Shown here piece by piece: positions 25,567 through 39,222 of a stretch of 64,000 bases of DNA (position 1 is its first letter; each line of letters begins with the position of its first letter). The DNA comes from Octopus sinensis. Taxonomy: Eukaryota. The stretch covers positions 38,316,001 to 38,380,000 of the forward strand of contig NC_043004.1 of the NCBI RefSeq assembly GCF_006345805.1, written 5' to 3'. A program made the position numbers and the translations under genes. The notes below the pieces were generated by a model. That model worked only from the letters and a program-made list of their open reading frames with translations, was not told where the DNA came from and did no database searches.

Positions 25567-27120
25567 CAGGGATGGGCAATTATTCTGGCTCGGACGCCAC
25601 TTTAAGAGAGCCGTGGTTAGCGGAGGGCCGCACCTTCTATAACTGATTATATTCATTAGTTAACATTACATTTCATTGAAGACGAAGTGTAAATTACATA
25701 ATAATAAATAAATAAAACTAAAGCAATGGTGGTACACAGAAAAGGTTCCATTACATTTATTTATGTGCAAATTACATATCAGCCAGCATAAGTAATTTAA
25801 TAATGCGACAAATGTCATACTTATTTACAATTCTTTTGAAATCAGAAGTGAGGTTTTTTGTTGAGATCCTCATCACTGCATGCAAGTTTATGTCAGTCAC
25901 AGAGGATCAATTTTTACTCTTGTTGATTTTTATGCAAGAAAAACTTTGCTCACAAATATATGTGGATCAAAAAATAGAATATATTTCCCCAGCAAGTTTC
26001 TTTACTCACGGAAATTTATCAGTAGACAGAAATTTGTAAAATCCTATCAATATAACAGAACCAAACATTTCTTTAGCGTATGATCTGACTGCATGTCAAT
26101 TAGATCAAGCTGCATCTCCTCTGGTGCTGTATCAATATCAGTAACGAAGGGATAAGATAACAAATTCAAACCATGCCCAGTTTTCTAAAAATCCTGAAAT
26201 CTTCTTGTGACCTCATCCTCCAAGTTCAGCAAATGACCCCTAATCTTGGAAGAAACACTTGCAGGCACTTTCTGTTTTGTTAATAAAGGGAAATAACAAA
26301 CATTGCTCTTATCTGTTTGCCTTGCAACTAGACCTAGTTTTGTTTTGAATGATATCACATGCTTAAATGTTTTATGTAGAAACTACCCATTTCCATACAA
26401 TGTCAAATTCAATTCATTTAATTTCTCAAACATATCAGCTACAAACTTCTCATCTTATATCTCCAATCCATACATCCCATTTTGGTCACAAAATCACATA
26501 GAAGCTCCTTCATGTCCAGAAAGAGGAGGATTTCATTCTGTAATTCCCAAGCCCGTTTTAGCATTTTCCACATGCTCAGCCACCGAATACTGTTGTGGTA
26601 AATCACATCTCCATACTCAGCATCCATATCATCAAGCAGAGATTTAAATTGTCGATGGTAGAGCGTCCATACTCTGACTGAGTTCACCACGCTCACTACA
26701 GGATCCACCACATGCTCTAAGTCCAGTGCGGCTTTACAGAGGCTTTCCTGTTGTAAAATGCAATGAAAAGACAAGATACCACTGTCTGGCCGTTCTGCTT
26801 TTAACTTGTTCTCTAAAAGTTTAATCATACTCGCATTTTTTCCGATAAATGCTCTGACCTCATCTGTTGGAATGCTTACCATTCTATTCCATGACAAGGC
26901 ACTTTTCTCCACACAATCCACAACACATTCAAACAAGGTCTGGCCAGTGGTTGTATTTTTCATCGATTCTAAACCATGTAGTTTATCTGTATTGAAGAAC
27001 TGTTCAGTAACGAAACCCGAATGAAAACAACTTTGATTGTTGTGATAACCTGCAGTGAATGGATTAAACAATAACTCAATCGAAAAAATGTTAAAATTAA
27101 TTAATGCGTCATTAAACACC
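25567..27120 (-). mobile_element. hAT (Charlie/SPIN, GTF2IRD2-like) DNA transposon, 5'-truncated
   Basis: The terminus CAGGGATGGGCAA at 25567 follows an atttagat target-like 8-mer. Minus ORF 26439-27119 has hAT motifs FHCILQQESLC, HRQFKSLL, IYHNSIRWLS and LQNEILLFL. Confidence 0.85.
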
Positions 27121-27819
27121 TGGGATTAATGAAAACTCCTATGGCTGAGCTATAAAGCAACTTTCCCAGCTTAAATAAAGAATATTATCGACAAGTGTTT
27201 AAATATAAAAGAAAAAAAGCAGCTAGCTCTCCACAAGGGAAAACACTTTTCTGTGGCTACTATCACACGGTTATCAAACGAGTTTATTATTATTCCATCA
27301 AACCTAAAGAAACGGGGTCGGAAGAGAAAATATTGGTATCTGACTTGCCACTCTATGCTAGAGGACCAAGTATCAGACATAGTGGACATCATGCGACACT
27401 TCCAGTTCCAACACAACGAGCGTATATGAGTGACAGTAGTGCAGAAAATATTAAAGAGTTGGTACATTGGGAAGCAAACCACTCCAAGGCATTCTAGTGT
27501 ATGGAAGAGGAAAAAACAACGGAGGCCCTAAAAACATTGATATTACGCCTAAAGTTCTTAAAAAATCAACAGATCGCTCACAGCGAGGAAAGATGAGATT
27601 CATCTACATATATCCAGAAAGAGCCTTACGAGAAATCTACTCATGGCTTCCATTTACACCAGCAGCTAGAATTACAATGACCACAAAAAATATTACAAAC
27701 TACATAAACAAACAAAAGCTAAAGACGTGTGTGTATGTATGCGTGTGCGTGTTTGTGTGTGGAAGTATGTGTTTGTGTATATGTGCATGTATGTGTGTTT
27801 GCTGATTAGAACCAATGAG

Positions 27820-28390
27820 AGAAGTAGTGTTGTTGATGAAGGGGCAGGTGTTGCAGTGGGATCTGCAGCACGGGTAGGATCCGGGTGGGGCTGGTGGAAA
27901 GAGGAGAAGGTGCTACGGACCAGAAGATCTCGTAAGTTCCGGGCGCGTGTAAAGGAGGACAAGGGTGAGTTGGGGAAAATTGGGCGGGTAGTAGGATCGA
28001 GCTGGAGGCGATGGAAGGCTCGTAGTGTCCTTCGACGAAGGGGTTGAGTGAAGAGTGGAAAAGGAGGGGAAGGGGTTCGGTTAGTGGGTGGGTGAGGGGA
28101 AGAAGAAACTATGGTGGTGCGATCCATTCGACGAGCGCGGGCAAGTGTGTTTTGGACATAGTTTGAGGTGTATCCTCGATGCCGGAACAGGCGGGCAAGG
28201 TACTGGGATTGAATCTCAAAATCCTGGTCCTGGATGCACAAGCATCGGATGCGGAGGAACTGGGAGTATCGGCTGGCCCGTTTGGTGTGGAAGGGATGGG
28301 AGGAGGAGAAGTTGAGGTAAACGTGAGAATCTGTGGGATTGAAGAAGGCGGAGGCGATGAGAGAGTGGGAGGGATGGTCAATCGTAAGAG
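27820..28390 (-). mobile_element. Penelope-like element fragment (RT C-terminal region)
   Basis: The minus ORF segment reads NPTDSHVYLNFSSSHP..YSQFLRIRCLC..YLARLFRHRGY. It belongs to the same family as 47330-48200. Confidence 0.8.
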
Positions 28391-28393
28391 AGA

Positions 28394-28570
28394 TGGTATT
28401 TCGTCTGCCGTTACGTTCTGAGTTCAAATTCCGCCGAGGTCGACTTTGCCTTTCATCCTTTCGGGGTCGATTAAATAAGTTACGCACTGGGGTCGATGTA
28501 ATCGACTTAACCCGTTTGTCTGTCCTTGTTTGTCCATTTGTGTTTAGCCCCTTTTGGGTAGTAAAGAAAT

Positions 28571-28572
<2 letters not shown>
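28394..28572 (+). mobile_element. SINE family 1
   Basis: gtatttcgtctgccgttacgttctgagttcaaattccgccgaggtcgactttgcc...gtagtaaagaaatag. Confidence 0.85.
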
Positions 28573-28620
<48 letters not shown>

Positions 28621-29009
28621 GTGTGTATATATATATGTGTGTGTGTGTGTAAATATATACACATATATTAATGAATGAGAGTATTGTATTCAAAAAGGCA
28701 GCATTCCAGCAGAATCATTAGGAAGCCGGACAAAATGCTCAGTAACGTTTCCTCAGTTTTTGCAATCTGGTTTCATATTCTACTATGGTCGAATTTCTCT
28801 TTTTCCTTTTCAGTCTCGATAAAATACATACAAGTCAAATGTGTCTATAATAGTAATAATTTTTAAAAATATTTATATGCCTATAATCCTGTATATTCTA
28901 TATTTTTTATATTCATATATAATACTTGTACAATTTTTTATACACATGCATTGTCATTTGTATTTAATATTTAAATTAAATTGATTTTTAATATCTGATT
29001 CATTTTTAG

Positions 29010-29553
29010 AGTATTGCGGTAACCAATTGTACAACCCTCACAATAGCATTTGCTGCCAAGGACAACTGACAGCTATAAGTGGTTTCATGTATCCTGCTTG
29101 TTGTGGAGTTGCAGGATTTGACAGAGATGCCAAAGTATGTTGCAACGGAAATCTCGTTAGTAAATCAGCAGGAGTAAATGGATGTTGCGCTGGGGCAGGT
29201 ATAGATATATCCATCAAAGATTGCTGTCCCAGCGGACCTGTTGACAGAGTGGATTACTTATGTTGTGGTGGGCCAAAATTAGTAGAACATCAATATATGA
29301 CGTTTGCTGCGGGGGAGCTAAAATGAATAAGATGACGGAAGTTTGCTGCAATGGTGTTGTAACATCAATTTCTGATACTTTTCCAACAGGATCTAATCTC
29401 ATACCAGGCAGGTATGCTTGTTGTGGGAGTACAGTTTACGACACTCGTACTCGTACCTGTTTCAACCAGCATTTAAATACACAAAATAATTTGGTGCCAT
29501 GGTGGATGATGAATTATTTTCATCATCCCCCTCATCACCACCATTTTCACTGA
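29010..29553 (+). CDS. Galaxin-like gene B, exon 2 (nine CC repeats, VPWW, His-rich tail), with an apparent 1-nt deletion near 29270-29278
   Basis: The acceptor catttttag at 29009 gives A+AG=Lys in phase with exon 1. The exon reads [15 protein letters not shown]...LCCGGP, shifts frame, then continues [12 protein letters not shown]...[18 protein letters not shown]...[20 protein letters not shown]. Copy A is continuous across the shift. AATAAA signals lie at 29573 and 29596. Confidence 0.8.
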
Positions 29554-29744
29554 TTGGTAACTGATATGACAAAATAAAGTTTTGAAGCATGTAAGAATAA
29601 ACCGCTTGTTTTGTTTGTTTTATATAGAAGACGTATTCAAACATTTCTCTCTTCGCTTTGTCTGTCAGTTTCCGCTCTCTCACTATCTCCATATATATGT
29701 AGATATGTGCATATGTATATATATATATATATGTAGATATGTGC

Positions 29745-29832
<88 letters not shown>

Positions 29833-30150
29833 CATATATAATATACATATATATATATACATATATATATATACATATATAATATATATATATATATACA
29901 TATATATATTACATATATATAACATATATATATACATATATATACATATATATATAAATATATAATTATATACATATATACACACATATATATATATACA
30001 CACATATATATATATACATATATATTACATATATATATATATCATATATACATATATATATATATATATACATACATACAATACATATATACATACATAT
30101 ATATATACATATATATAAACATATACATATATATACATACAAATACATAT

Positions 30151-30218
<68 letters not shown>

Positions 30219-30299
30219 TATACATATATATATATATACATATATTACATATATATACATATACATATATATATACATATATATATATATATATTTTGT

Positions 30300-31275
30300 T
30301 TTTCTTGTTTCAGCTCAGAGCTGCGGCCATGCTGATGCACCGTCGTTTTGTGCTACACTGTTATTACGAAGAACGTCCTCTAATATGTGGCACTTGGTGA
30401 AGAATGGAGTTTGATATAGCTACTCTCATTTGCACCTCTTGCCGTGAGGTAGGTTCATCTGGGACTCTCGACAGGAAGATGTCCAGCTTTGATTTAAAAA
30501 CCTCTACTTTGTGCAAGTTTCTCAGACTCTTTGGGAGAATATTAAAAAGCTGTGGGCCCTTGAAACCCAGGCTGTTGCAGAAGCTGGTCCTGAAGCGTGA
30601 TAGCATTGCTGGGATCTTTGTCACTATGCAGTGTCGTCCCGTTCTAGCATTGGTGTAGCTTACAATGCCAAAATTTGGCACAATTCCTTCCAGGATCTTC
30701 CAGACATATATTACTGCCTACCTCTCCCGTCTTCTCTGCAGGGAGTAGAGATTTAGCTGTTTCAACCTTTCCCAGTAGCTGAGCTGTTGCAAAGGGACGA
30801 TCTTCTTTGTGAATCTTCTCTGGATTGCTTCAAGGTCCGCTGTTAATTTTACACTGGTGGGTGACCATAGCTGTGAACAGTAATCCAGGCGGCTGAAGAC
30901 GAATGTCCGCCAGAGGATCATCATGGTTTCCTTATCTCTGGTTCTGAATGTTCTTAGGATTCATCCAGCCAGTCGTCTGCACTTTGTCGCCATCCTGGTA
31001 ATGTGCACTTCGAAAGAGTTATCATCACTCATGTCGATACCCAGGTCCCTCACAGACTTAGGCTCTGGGATTGAAATTCCGTGTGGACCGGTGTATTCTG
31101 TAAGTTTAATATTCAGTTTTGGATGCTGGTAGCGCAGGGCCTGGAATTTTTCAGCATTAACCTGCATATTATTATCCACAGCCCATCTGTAGATTGAGTC
31201 CAACTCCTGCTGCAGGTGTGCAACATCGCTGGGGTTCTGTATTTTCTGCGAGACTTTCGTATCGTCTGCATAGCT
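30300..31275 (-). mobile_element. CR1/L2-group LINE family A, 5'-truncated
   Basis: Minus-strand pieces read [36 protein letters not shown] and FKGPQLFNILP. The 3' tail at 30304-30342 resembles the SINE family 2 tail. Confidence 0.85.
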
Positions 31276-31320
31276 TATACATACATACATACATACATTC
31301 ATACATACATACATACATAA

Positions 31321-31426
<106 letters not shown>

Positions 31427-31525
31427 AAGCTATGCAGACGATACAAAAGTCTCGCATATATATAGACAGACAGACAGACAGTCAGACAGATAGACAGACA
31501 GACAGATAGACAGATAGATAGATAG

Positions 31526-31575
<50 letters not shown>

Positions 31576-31794
31576 GTAGGTAGGTCTACAGTATTTCAAA
31601 CCCTAGCAGTATATTCAATAACTTTATCCACATAACTACCACCATATCTACTCACTTGTATTCCTCTTACAGTCAACCTTTACCTTGCAGAATTGGTCCC
31701 GCGTAAAGACCTCGGTGTCTAAGTTCAATACCTTTGAGGGTACCAAAAATTCTCTATACCGAGAATATCTGGATCTCATCTGTTTACTGCATAT

Positions 31795-31847
<53 letters not shown>

Positions 31848-32059
31848 ATATATATATGTATATATATATTCATATATGTATAATATGTATGTATATATGT
31901 ATATATATATATATATGTATATATATATACATGTATGTATATATATATACATATATAATATACATATATATATACATATATATATACATATTAATATATA
32001 CATATATATATATACATATATATATACATATATATATATATACATATATATGATTGATT

Positions 32060-33782
32060 GATTCTAGTTTCAGCTTATGAGCTGTGGCCATGCTGGGGCA
32101 CCGCCATTTGGTGTTGCTACTTGATTTCACTTCATGGAGGCTTTCTAGCAACTGCTATTTGGTGCATGAGAGAGTTTGATGCAGCTGCCCTCATCTGCCC
32201 CCCCCTGCCGTGAAGTTGGTTCATCTGGGACACCTGACAGGAAGAGATCCAGCTTCATTTTAAAGACATCTGTATCCACCCCATGCAGGTCTCTCAGGTT
32301 CTTCGGGAGGATATTGAAGAGCTGTGGGCCTCGGAAGCCCAGGCTATCACAGAATCTTGTCCTACATCTTGATGGCAGGTTTGGAGTCCTAGGCACCACG
32401 CAGTGGCGCCCAGTTCTGGCATTTGCGTAACTCTCGATGCCAAAGTTCAGGACACTTCCCTCCAGGATCTTCCAGATGTATATTATGGCATATCTTCCCC
32501 GCCTACGCTCCAGAGAATATAATTTTAATCTCTTGAGTCTTTCCCAGTAGCTTACATTCTGCATAGAGGCTATCTTCTTTGTGTAGCTTCGTTGGATCGC
32601 CTCAAGTTCTGTGATCAACTTGACACTGGATGGTGACCATAGCTGAGAGCAATAGTCAAAGTGGCTTAGGACAAGTGTCTTCCAGAGGACCATCATGGTT
32701 TTTTGTTCTCTTGTTCTAAAGGTTCTAAGAATCCATCCAGCCAGCCGTCTACATTTCATTGTCAGTTTAGCAACATGTACATGAAAGGTCGCGTCATCAC
32801 TCATGTGAATACCCAGGTCACGCACTGATTGTGCCTCTGGGATTGCAATCCTCCGGGTCCAGTGTATTCATTGGGTATTGCATTCAGTTTTGCATGCTGA
32901 TAGTATAAAGCTTGAAACTTTCCAGCATTGAACTGCATGCTATTCTTTTCAGCCCACTTGTATATTTCGTCCAGCTCACATTGCAGGTGTTTAGTGTCCT
33001 CAGGGTTTTGTATTGCCTGTGAAACGTTTGTATCATCTGCATAACTTGTGATCGTGGCTCTCTGCGTGGCTGAGGGCATGTCTGAGAGAGCCATTATGAA
33101 CAGTAGTGGTCCCAGAACAGTGCCTGCGGAACACCGCTCACTATTTGTGTGTTAATGGAGGTGGCCCCATTGGCTACTACCACCTGACTTCTATCCTTCA
33201 GAAAGTCATGAAGCCATTCTCCCAGTTTCCAACTATGTTGAGATCACGCAGTTTGTGACATATCATTCCATGATCGACTTTATCAAAGGCCTTTGCAAAG
33301 TCGAGATATATCACTTCCACATTTGAGTGGTTGAGCAGCCGTTTCAGCACCCAGTCATAGTGTTGTAGGAGCTGAGTTAAACAGCTTCTCCTGGTCGGAA
33401 ACCATGTGGGTGTCGGGCAGCAAGTCATTCTCTTCAAGGAAGGTGATCAGCTTCCTTCTGACTATTCGTTCCATGACCTTGCTGATGTGTGAGGTCAGAG
33501 AGATAGGTCTATAGTTCTTGGCTTCCGCTCTGCTACCTCCTTTATGAATGGGGCATATTTTACCTTCCTTCAGTTTTCCTGGAAGTTTGCCAGCTGCAAG
33601 GAAGCTCTGAAAGAGGAACTGCAGTGGTCTTGCTAGGACTCTCTTACATGCTTTTAGGAGGATTGCCGGGAATCCATCGGGGCCAGTAGCTGAGTCTGTT
33701 TTCATTTCATCTATAGCCTTGGTTACATCGTCTTCCTTTATATCGATGTAATCTATCGTCGCCGCCTCTGATTTTATATCTG
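32060..33782 (-). mobile_element. CR1/L2-group LINE family B, copy 1
   Basis: RT motifs are [33 protein letters not shown] and SYADDT, with the C-terminal region in ORF 32145-32825. Several 1-nt frameshifts are present. Confidence 0.9.
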
Positions 33783-34104
33783 CAGATATATATATATATG
33801 TATATATATATATATGAATATATATATGTATATATATATTATATATATGTATATATATATGTATATATATATATGTATATATATATATGTATATATATAT
33901 ATATGTATATATATGTATATATATATATATATAATATATATATATATATATGTATATATATATGTATATATAATGTATATATATATATATGTATATATAT
34001 ATTATATGTATGTATAAGCTATGCAGACGATACAAAAGTCTCGCATATATATAGACAGACAGACAGACAGACAGTCAGACAGATAGACAGACAGACAGAT
34101 AGAC

Positions 34105-34178
<74 letters not shown>

Positions 34179-34398
34179 GTAGGTAGGTCTACAGTATTTC
34201 AAACCCTAGCAGTTATATTCAATAACTTTATCCACATAACTACCACCATATCTACTCACTTGTATTCCTCTTACAGTCAACCTTTACCTTGCAGAATTGG
34301 TCCCGCGTAAAGACCTCGGTGTCTAAGTTCAATACCTTTGAGGGTACCAAAAATTCTCTATACCGAGAATATCTGGATCTCATCTGTTTACTGCATAT

Positions 34399-34459
<61 letters not shown>

Positions 34460-34659
34460 GTATATATATATATTCATATATGTATAATATGTATGTATAT
34501 ATGTATATATATATGTATAATATATATATACATGTATGTATATATATATACATATATATATATACATATATATATACATATATATATACATATTATATAT
34601 ACATATATATATATAATATATATATACATATATATATATATACATATATATGATTGATT

Positions 34660-36392
34660 GATTCTAGTTTCAGCTTATGAGCTGTGGCCATGCTGGGGCA
34701 CCGCCATTTGGTGTTGCTACTTGATTTCACTTCATGGAGGCTTTCTAGCAACTGCTATTTGGTGCATGAGAGAGTTTGATGCAGCTGCCCTCATCTGCCC
34801 CCCCCTGCCGTGAAGTTGGTTCATCTGGGACACCTGACAGGAAGAGATCCAGCTTCATTTTAAAGACATCTGTATCCACCCCATGCAGGTCTCTCAGGTT
34901 CTTCGGGAGGATATTGAAGAGCTGTGGGCCTCGGAAGCCCAGGCTATCACAGAATCTTGTCCTACATCTTGATGGCAGGTTTGGAGTCCTAGGCACCACG
35001 CAGTGGCGCCCAGTTCTGGCATTTGCGTAACTCTCGATGCCAAAGTTCAGGACACTTCCCTCCAGGATCTTCCAGATGTATATTATGGCATATCTTCCCC
35101 GCCTACGCTCCAGAGAATATAATTTTAATCTCTTGAGTCTTTCCCAGTAGCTTACATTCTGCATAGAGGCTATCTTCTTTGTGTAGCTTCGTTGGATCGC
35201 CTCAAGTTCTGTGATCAACTTGACACTGGATGGTGACCATAGCTGAGAGCAATAGTCAAAGTGGCTTAGGACAAGTGTCTTCCAGAGGACCATCATGGTT
35301 TTTTGTTCTCTTGTTCTAAAGGTTCTAAGAATCCATCCAGCCAGCCGTCTACATTTCATTGTCAGTTTAGCAACATGTACATGAAAGGTCGCGTCATCAC
35401 TCATGTGAATACCCAGGTCACGCACTGATTGTGCCTCTGGGATTGCAATCCCTCCGGGTCCAGTGTATTCATTGGGTATTGCATTCAGTTTTGCATGCTG
35501 ATAGTATAAAGCTTGAAACTTTCCAGCATTGAACTGCATGCTATTCTTTTCAGCCACTTGTATATTTCGTCCAGCTCACATTGCAGGTGTTTAGTGTCCT
35601 CAGGGTTCTGTATTGCCTGTGAAACGTTTGTATCATCTGCATAACTTGTGATCGTGGCTCTCTGCGTGGCTGAGGGCATGTCTGAGAGGGCCATTATGAA
35701 CAGTAGTGGTCCCAGAACAGTGCCTGCGGAACACCGCTCACTATTTGTGTGTTAATGGAGGTGGCCCCATTGGCTACTACCACCTGACTTCTATCCTTCA
35801 GAAAGTCATGAAGCCATTCTCCCAGTTTCCAACTATGTTGAGATCACGCAGTTTGTGACATATCATTCCATGATCGACTTTATCAAAGGCCTTTGCAAAG
35901 TCGAGATATATCACTTCCACATTTGAGTGGTTGAGCAGCCGTTTCAGCACCCAGTCATAGTGTTGTAGGAGCTGAGTTAAACAGCTTCTCCCTGGTCGGA
36001 AACATGTTGGGTGTCGGGCAGCAAGTCATTCTCTTCAAGGAAGGTGATCAGCTTCCTTCTGACTATTCGTTCCATGACCTTGCTGATGTGTGAGGTCAGA
36101 GAGATAGGTCTATAGTTCTTGGCTTCCGCTCTGCTACCTCCTTATGAATGGGGCATATTTTCATATTTTACCTTCCTTCAGTTTTCCTGGAAGTTTGCCA
36201 GCTGCAAGGAAGCTCTGAAAGAGGAACTGCAGTGGTCTTGCTAGGACTCTCTTACATGCTTTTAGGAGGATTGCCGGGAATCCATCGGGGCCAGTAGCTG
36301 AGTCTGTTTTCATTTCATCTATAGCCTTGGTTACATCGTCTTCCTTTATATCGATGTAATCTATCGTCGCCGCCTCTGATTTTATATCTGCA
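34660..36392 (-). mobile_element. CR1/L2-group LINE family B, copy 2 (tandem duplicate)
   Basis: Near-identical to copy 1 at an offset of about 2600 bp, with the same truncation point. Differences seen are mostly 1-nt indels plus one short duplication near 36155. Confidence 0.9.
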
Positions 36393-36393
36393 G

Positions 36394-36425
<32 letters not shown>

Positions 36426-36530
36426 GAATATATATATGTATATATATATTATATATATGTATATATATATGTATATATATATATGTATATATATATATGT
36501 ATATATATATATATGTATATATATATGTAT

Positions 36531-36567
<37 letters not shown>

Positions 36568-36772
36568 GTATATATATATGTATATATATATATAATGTAT
36601 ATATATATATATATGTATATATAATATGTATATATAAATATGTATATATATATATTGTATATATATATATATGTATATATATATAGTATATATATATATA
36701 TATGTAAATATATATATATATACATATATATATGTATATACATAGATATATACATATATATATACATATATA

Positions 36773-36803
<31 letters not shown>

Positions 36804-36833
36804 ATACATATTCATATATACATATATATATAC

Positions 36834-36864
<31 letters not shown>

Positions 36865-36868
36865 ATAC

Positions 36869-36915
<47 letters not shown>

Positions 36916-36981
36916 CATATTTATATATACATATATATATACATATATATATTATACATATATATATATACATATTTATAT

Positions 36982-37012
<31 letters not shown>

Positions 37013-37054
37013 GATATATATATATACATATATATAAACATATATATATATATA

Positions 37055-39175
37055 CTTTGATACTTTGATAGGTTTCGGCCATTATTGGCCCAGGCCATGT
37101 CTAACTTAATAGCACCACCTGGTGAAGTCTTTCAAGTCAGAATTTGGGCACTATGGCCCACTCAAGTAGAGAGTTATTGTTTACAGAGACATATCCGGGT
37201 GTAGGGGGTTTATCCGGGATTTCTTGAAGGAATCTGTCCAAAGACTTCTTGAACCCTATAGGGTCAGTTTCTGTTTTAATGTGTTTTGGTGTAACGTTAA
37301 AGAGAGCGGGGCCAATTGAGGTGAAATAATTGTGCCGTATTGTTGTTATGAGATGAGAGTGCGATTTTTGTTTTGGGCGGATGGCACGTGGCCCAAGCCT
37401 TGGATGTACCTTAAAAGTGATGCCAATATCATTTGGGCAATGCTGATGGAATATTTTCCACATCATGCAGATGATGTAGCGCTCAGGACGACGTTGGAGA
37501 GTAAAGTTTTAGCTTTTCTAGTCGACCCCAATAGTCGAGGCCTGTCATGCCATCTATCTTTTTTGTGATTGCCCTTTGAGGTGCTTCAACTTTTATGATA
37601 CCTTGTATTATGTGGGGAGACCACAGTGGACAACAGTATTCAAGGTGGGGTCGGGCAAAAGTGGAGAAGAGAAGGATAATGGTGTGGATATCTCTCGACT
37701 GGAAAGTTCTGAGAATCCAGGAACACATTCTGCGGGCCATGTCAGCTTTGGTGTTTATATGAGTGGCCCAGCTTATGTTGGTGTCCACAATTACTCCCAA
37801 GTCTCTGATGTTGTTGGACGCCGCGAGAGTTTCACCTGAAGGAAGGGAGTATGGGAGTTTCAGGGCATCCTCTTTTCCAAAGTGGATTAACTCAAATCTA
37901 TCCTCGTTCAGCAGCATATTGTTTTTTTCTGCCCATTTGATAACAGCCAGTAGATCTGACTGAAGGCATGTCCGGTCACTCGCCTCATTTATGACCTGTA
38001 GCTTGGAATCATCTGCAAAGATTTTTATGTTGCTGTGCTTGATGATGTCATTAATGTCATTAATGTAAATGATGAAAAGAAGTGGGCCCAGCACAGTGCC
38101 TTGCGGAACGCCACTACTGACTTTGGCTGGGCTTGATTTTACCCCTTCAACTACAACATGTTGAGATCTGTCTGTCAGGAAACAATTGATCCATTTCAGT
38201 AACTTTCCAGAGACACCAATGTTGGATAGTTTTTTCAATAGGATCTTGTGATCGACCCTGTCGAAGGCCTTACTGAAATCAAGGTAGATGACATTGGTGT
38301 TGGAGCCCTCTCCCAAAGCTCTCATAATGTCATCAAAGTGATGCAGGAGCTGCGTTAAGCAGTCCCTTCCATTACGGAACCCATGTTGGTTGGAGATCAG
38401 CCGTCTGTTGCTTTCCAGAAATTGGGTTATTCGAGATCTCACCACCCTCTCAAATACCTTGATGATATGAGAGGTGAGTGAGATCGGACGGTAGTTCACT
38501 GCAAGGGACTTGTTTCTCTTTTTGAAAACTGGGACAACAGACTGGGACAGAAGGTTTTTTGGAACATAGCCAGCATCCAGTGAGTTTCTCCACAGATTAG
38601 CAAGGGGAGATGCAAGTTGGTGTCGACACACCTTCAGGACACAAGCAGGGAACCTATCGGGGCCTACTGCTGAATTGTGTTTTATTTCGTTTATCGCCGC
38701 TAAGACATCAGGGGCACTAAACGTTATGTCCGATATAGTGTGTTGGGGGTTGACATCACTGATACAGCCCAGATCGGCCATATCAGGATTGCTGAAAACA
38801 GAGCAGTATTGTTTCTGCAGTATCTCGGCCATGGATTTGGCATTATCTTGGAGAGTGCCAGTTTCATCAATTAGAGGGCCAACAATAGAGACAGTGACCC
38901 TGTGTTTCCTCGCAAATGAAAAGAACACTTTGGGGTTGAGTTTGATTTTTTCAATGGCCCACTTCTCCTCAGCTGATCTTTGGTTATTGATGAGGGTCTT
39001 CATGCATTGTTGGAGGTTATATTTTTTGGATTCAAGCAGTGCGATAGCCGTCGAATGTGTGTGTTGCTGTTGGCAGTACTTTAGTTTGTTAATTTTTTTG
39101 TTTGTTCTTTTTATTTTTCTGATAATGGTTTTTCTGTTTTGGGGGATTCTGCACTTTTTGTTCACAGGTCTTGGT

Positions 39176-39180
<5 letters not shown>
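37055..39180 (-). mobile_element. CR1-group LINE family C (RT largely intact, 5'-truncated)
   Basis: ORF 37483-39324 contains [44 protein letters not shown] and FADD, and continues in 37137-37466. The 3' tail is (atcaaagt)n near 37055. Confidence 0.9.

Positions 39181-39222
<42 letters not shown>

Noticed and set aside
27120-27700. Short ORFs between the hAT element and the Penelope fragment
   Set aside because: Frequent stops and no recognisable domain. Probably decayed TE sequence.
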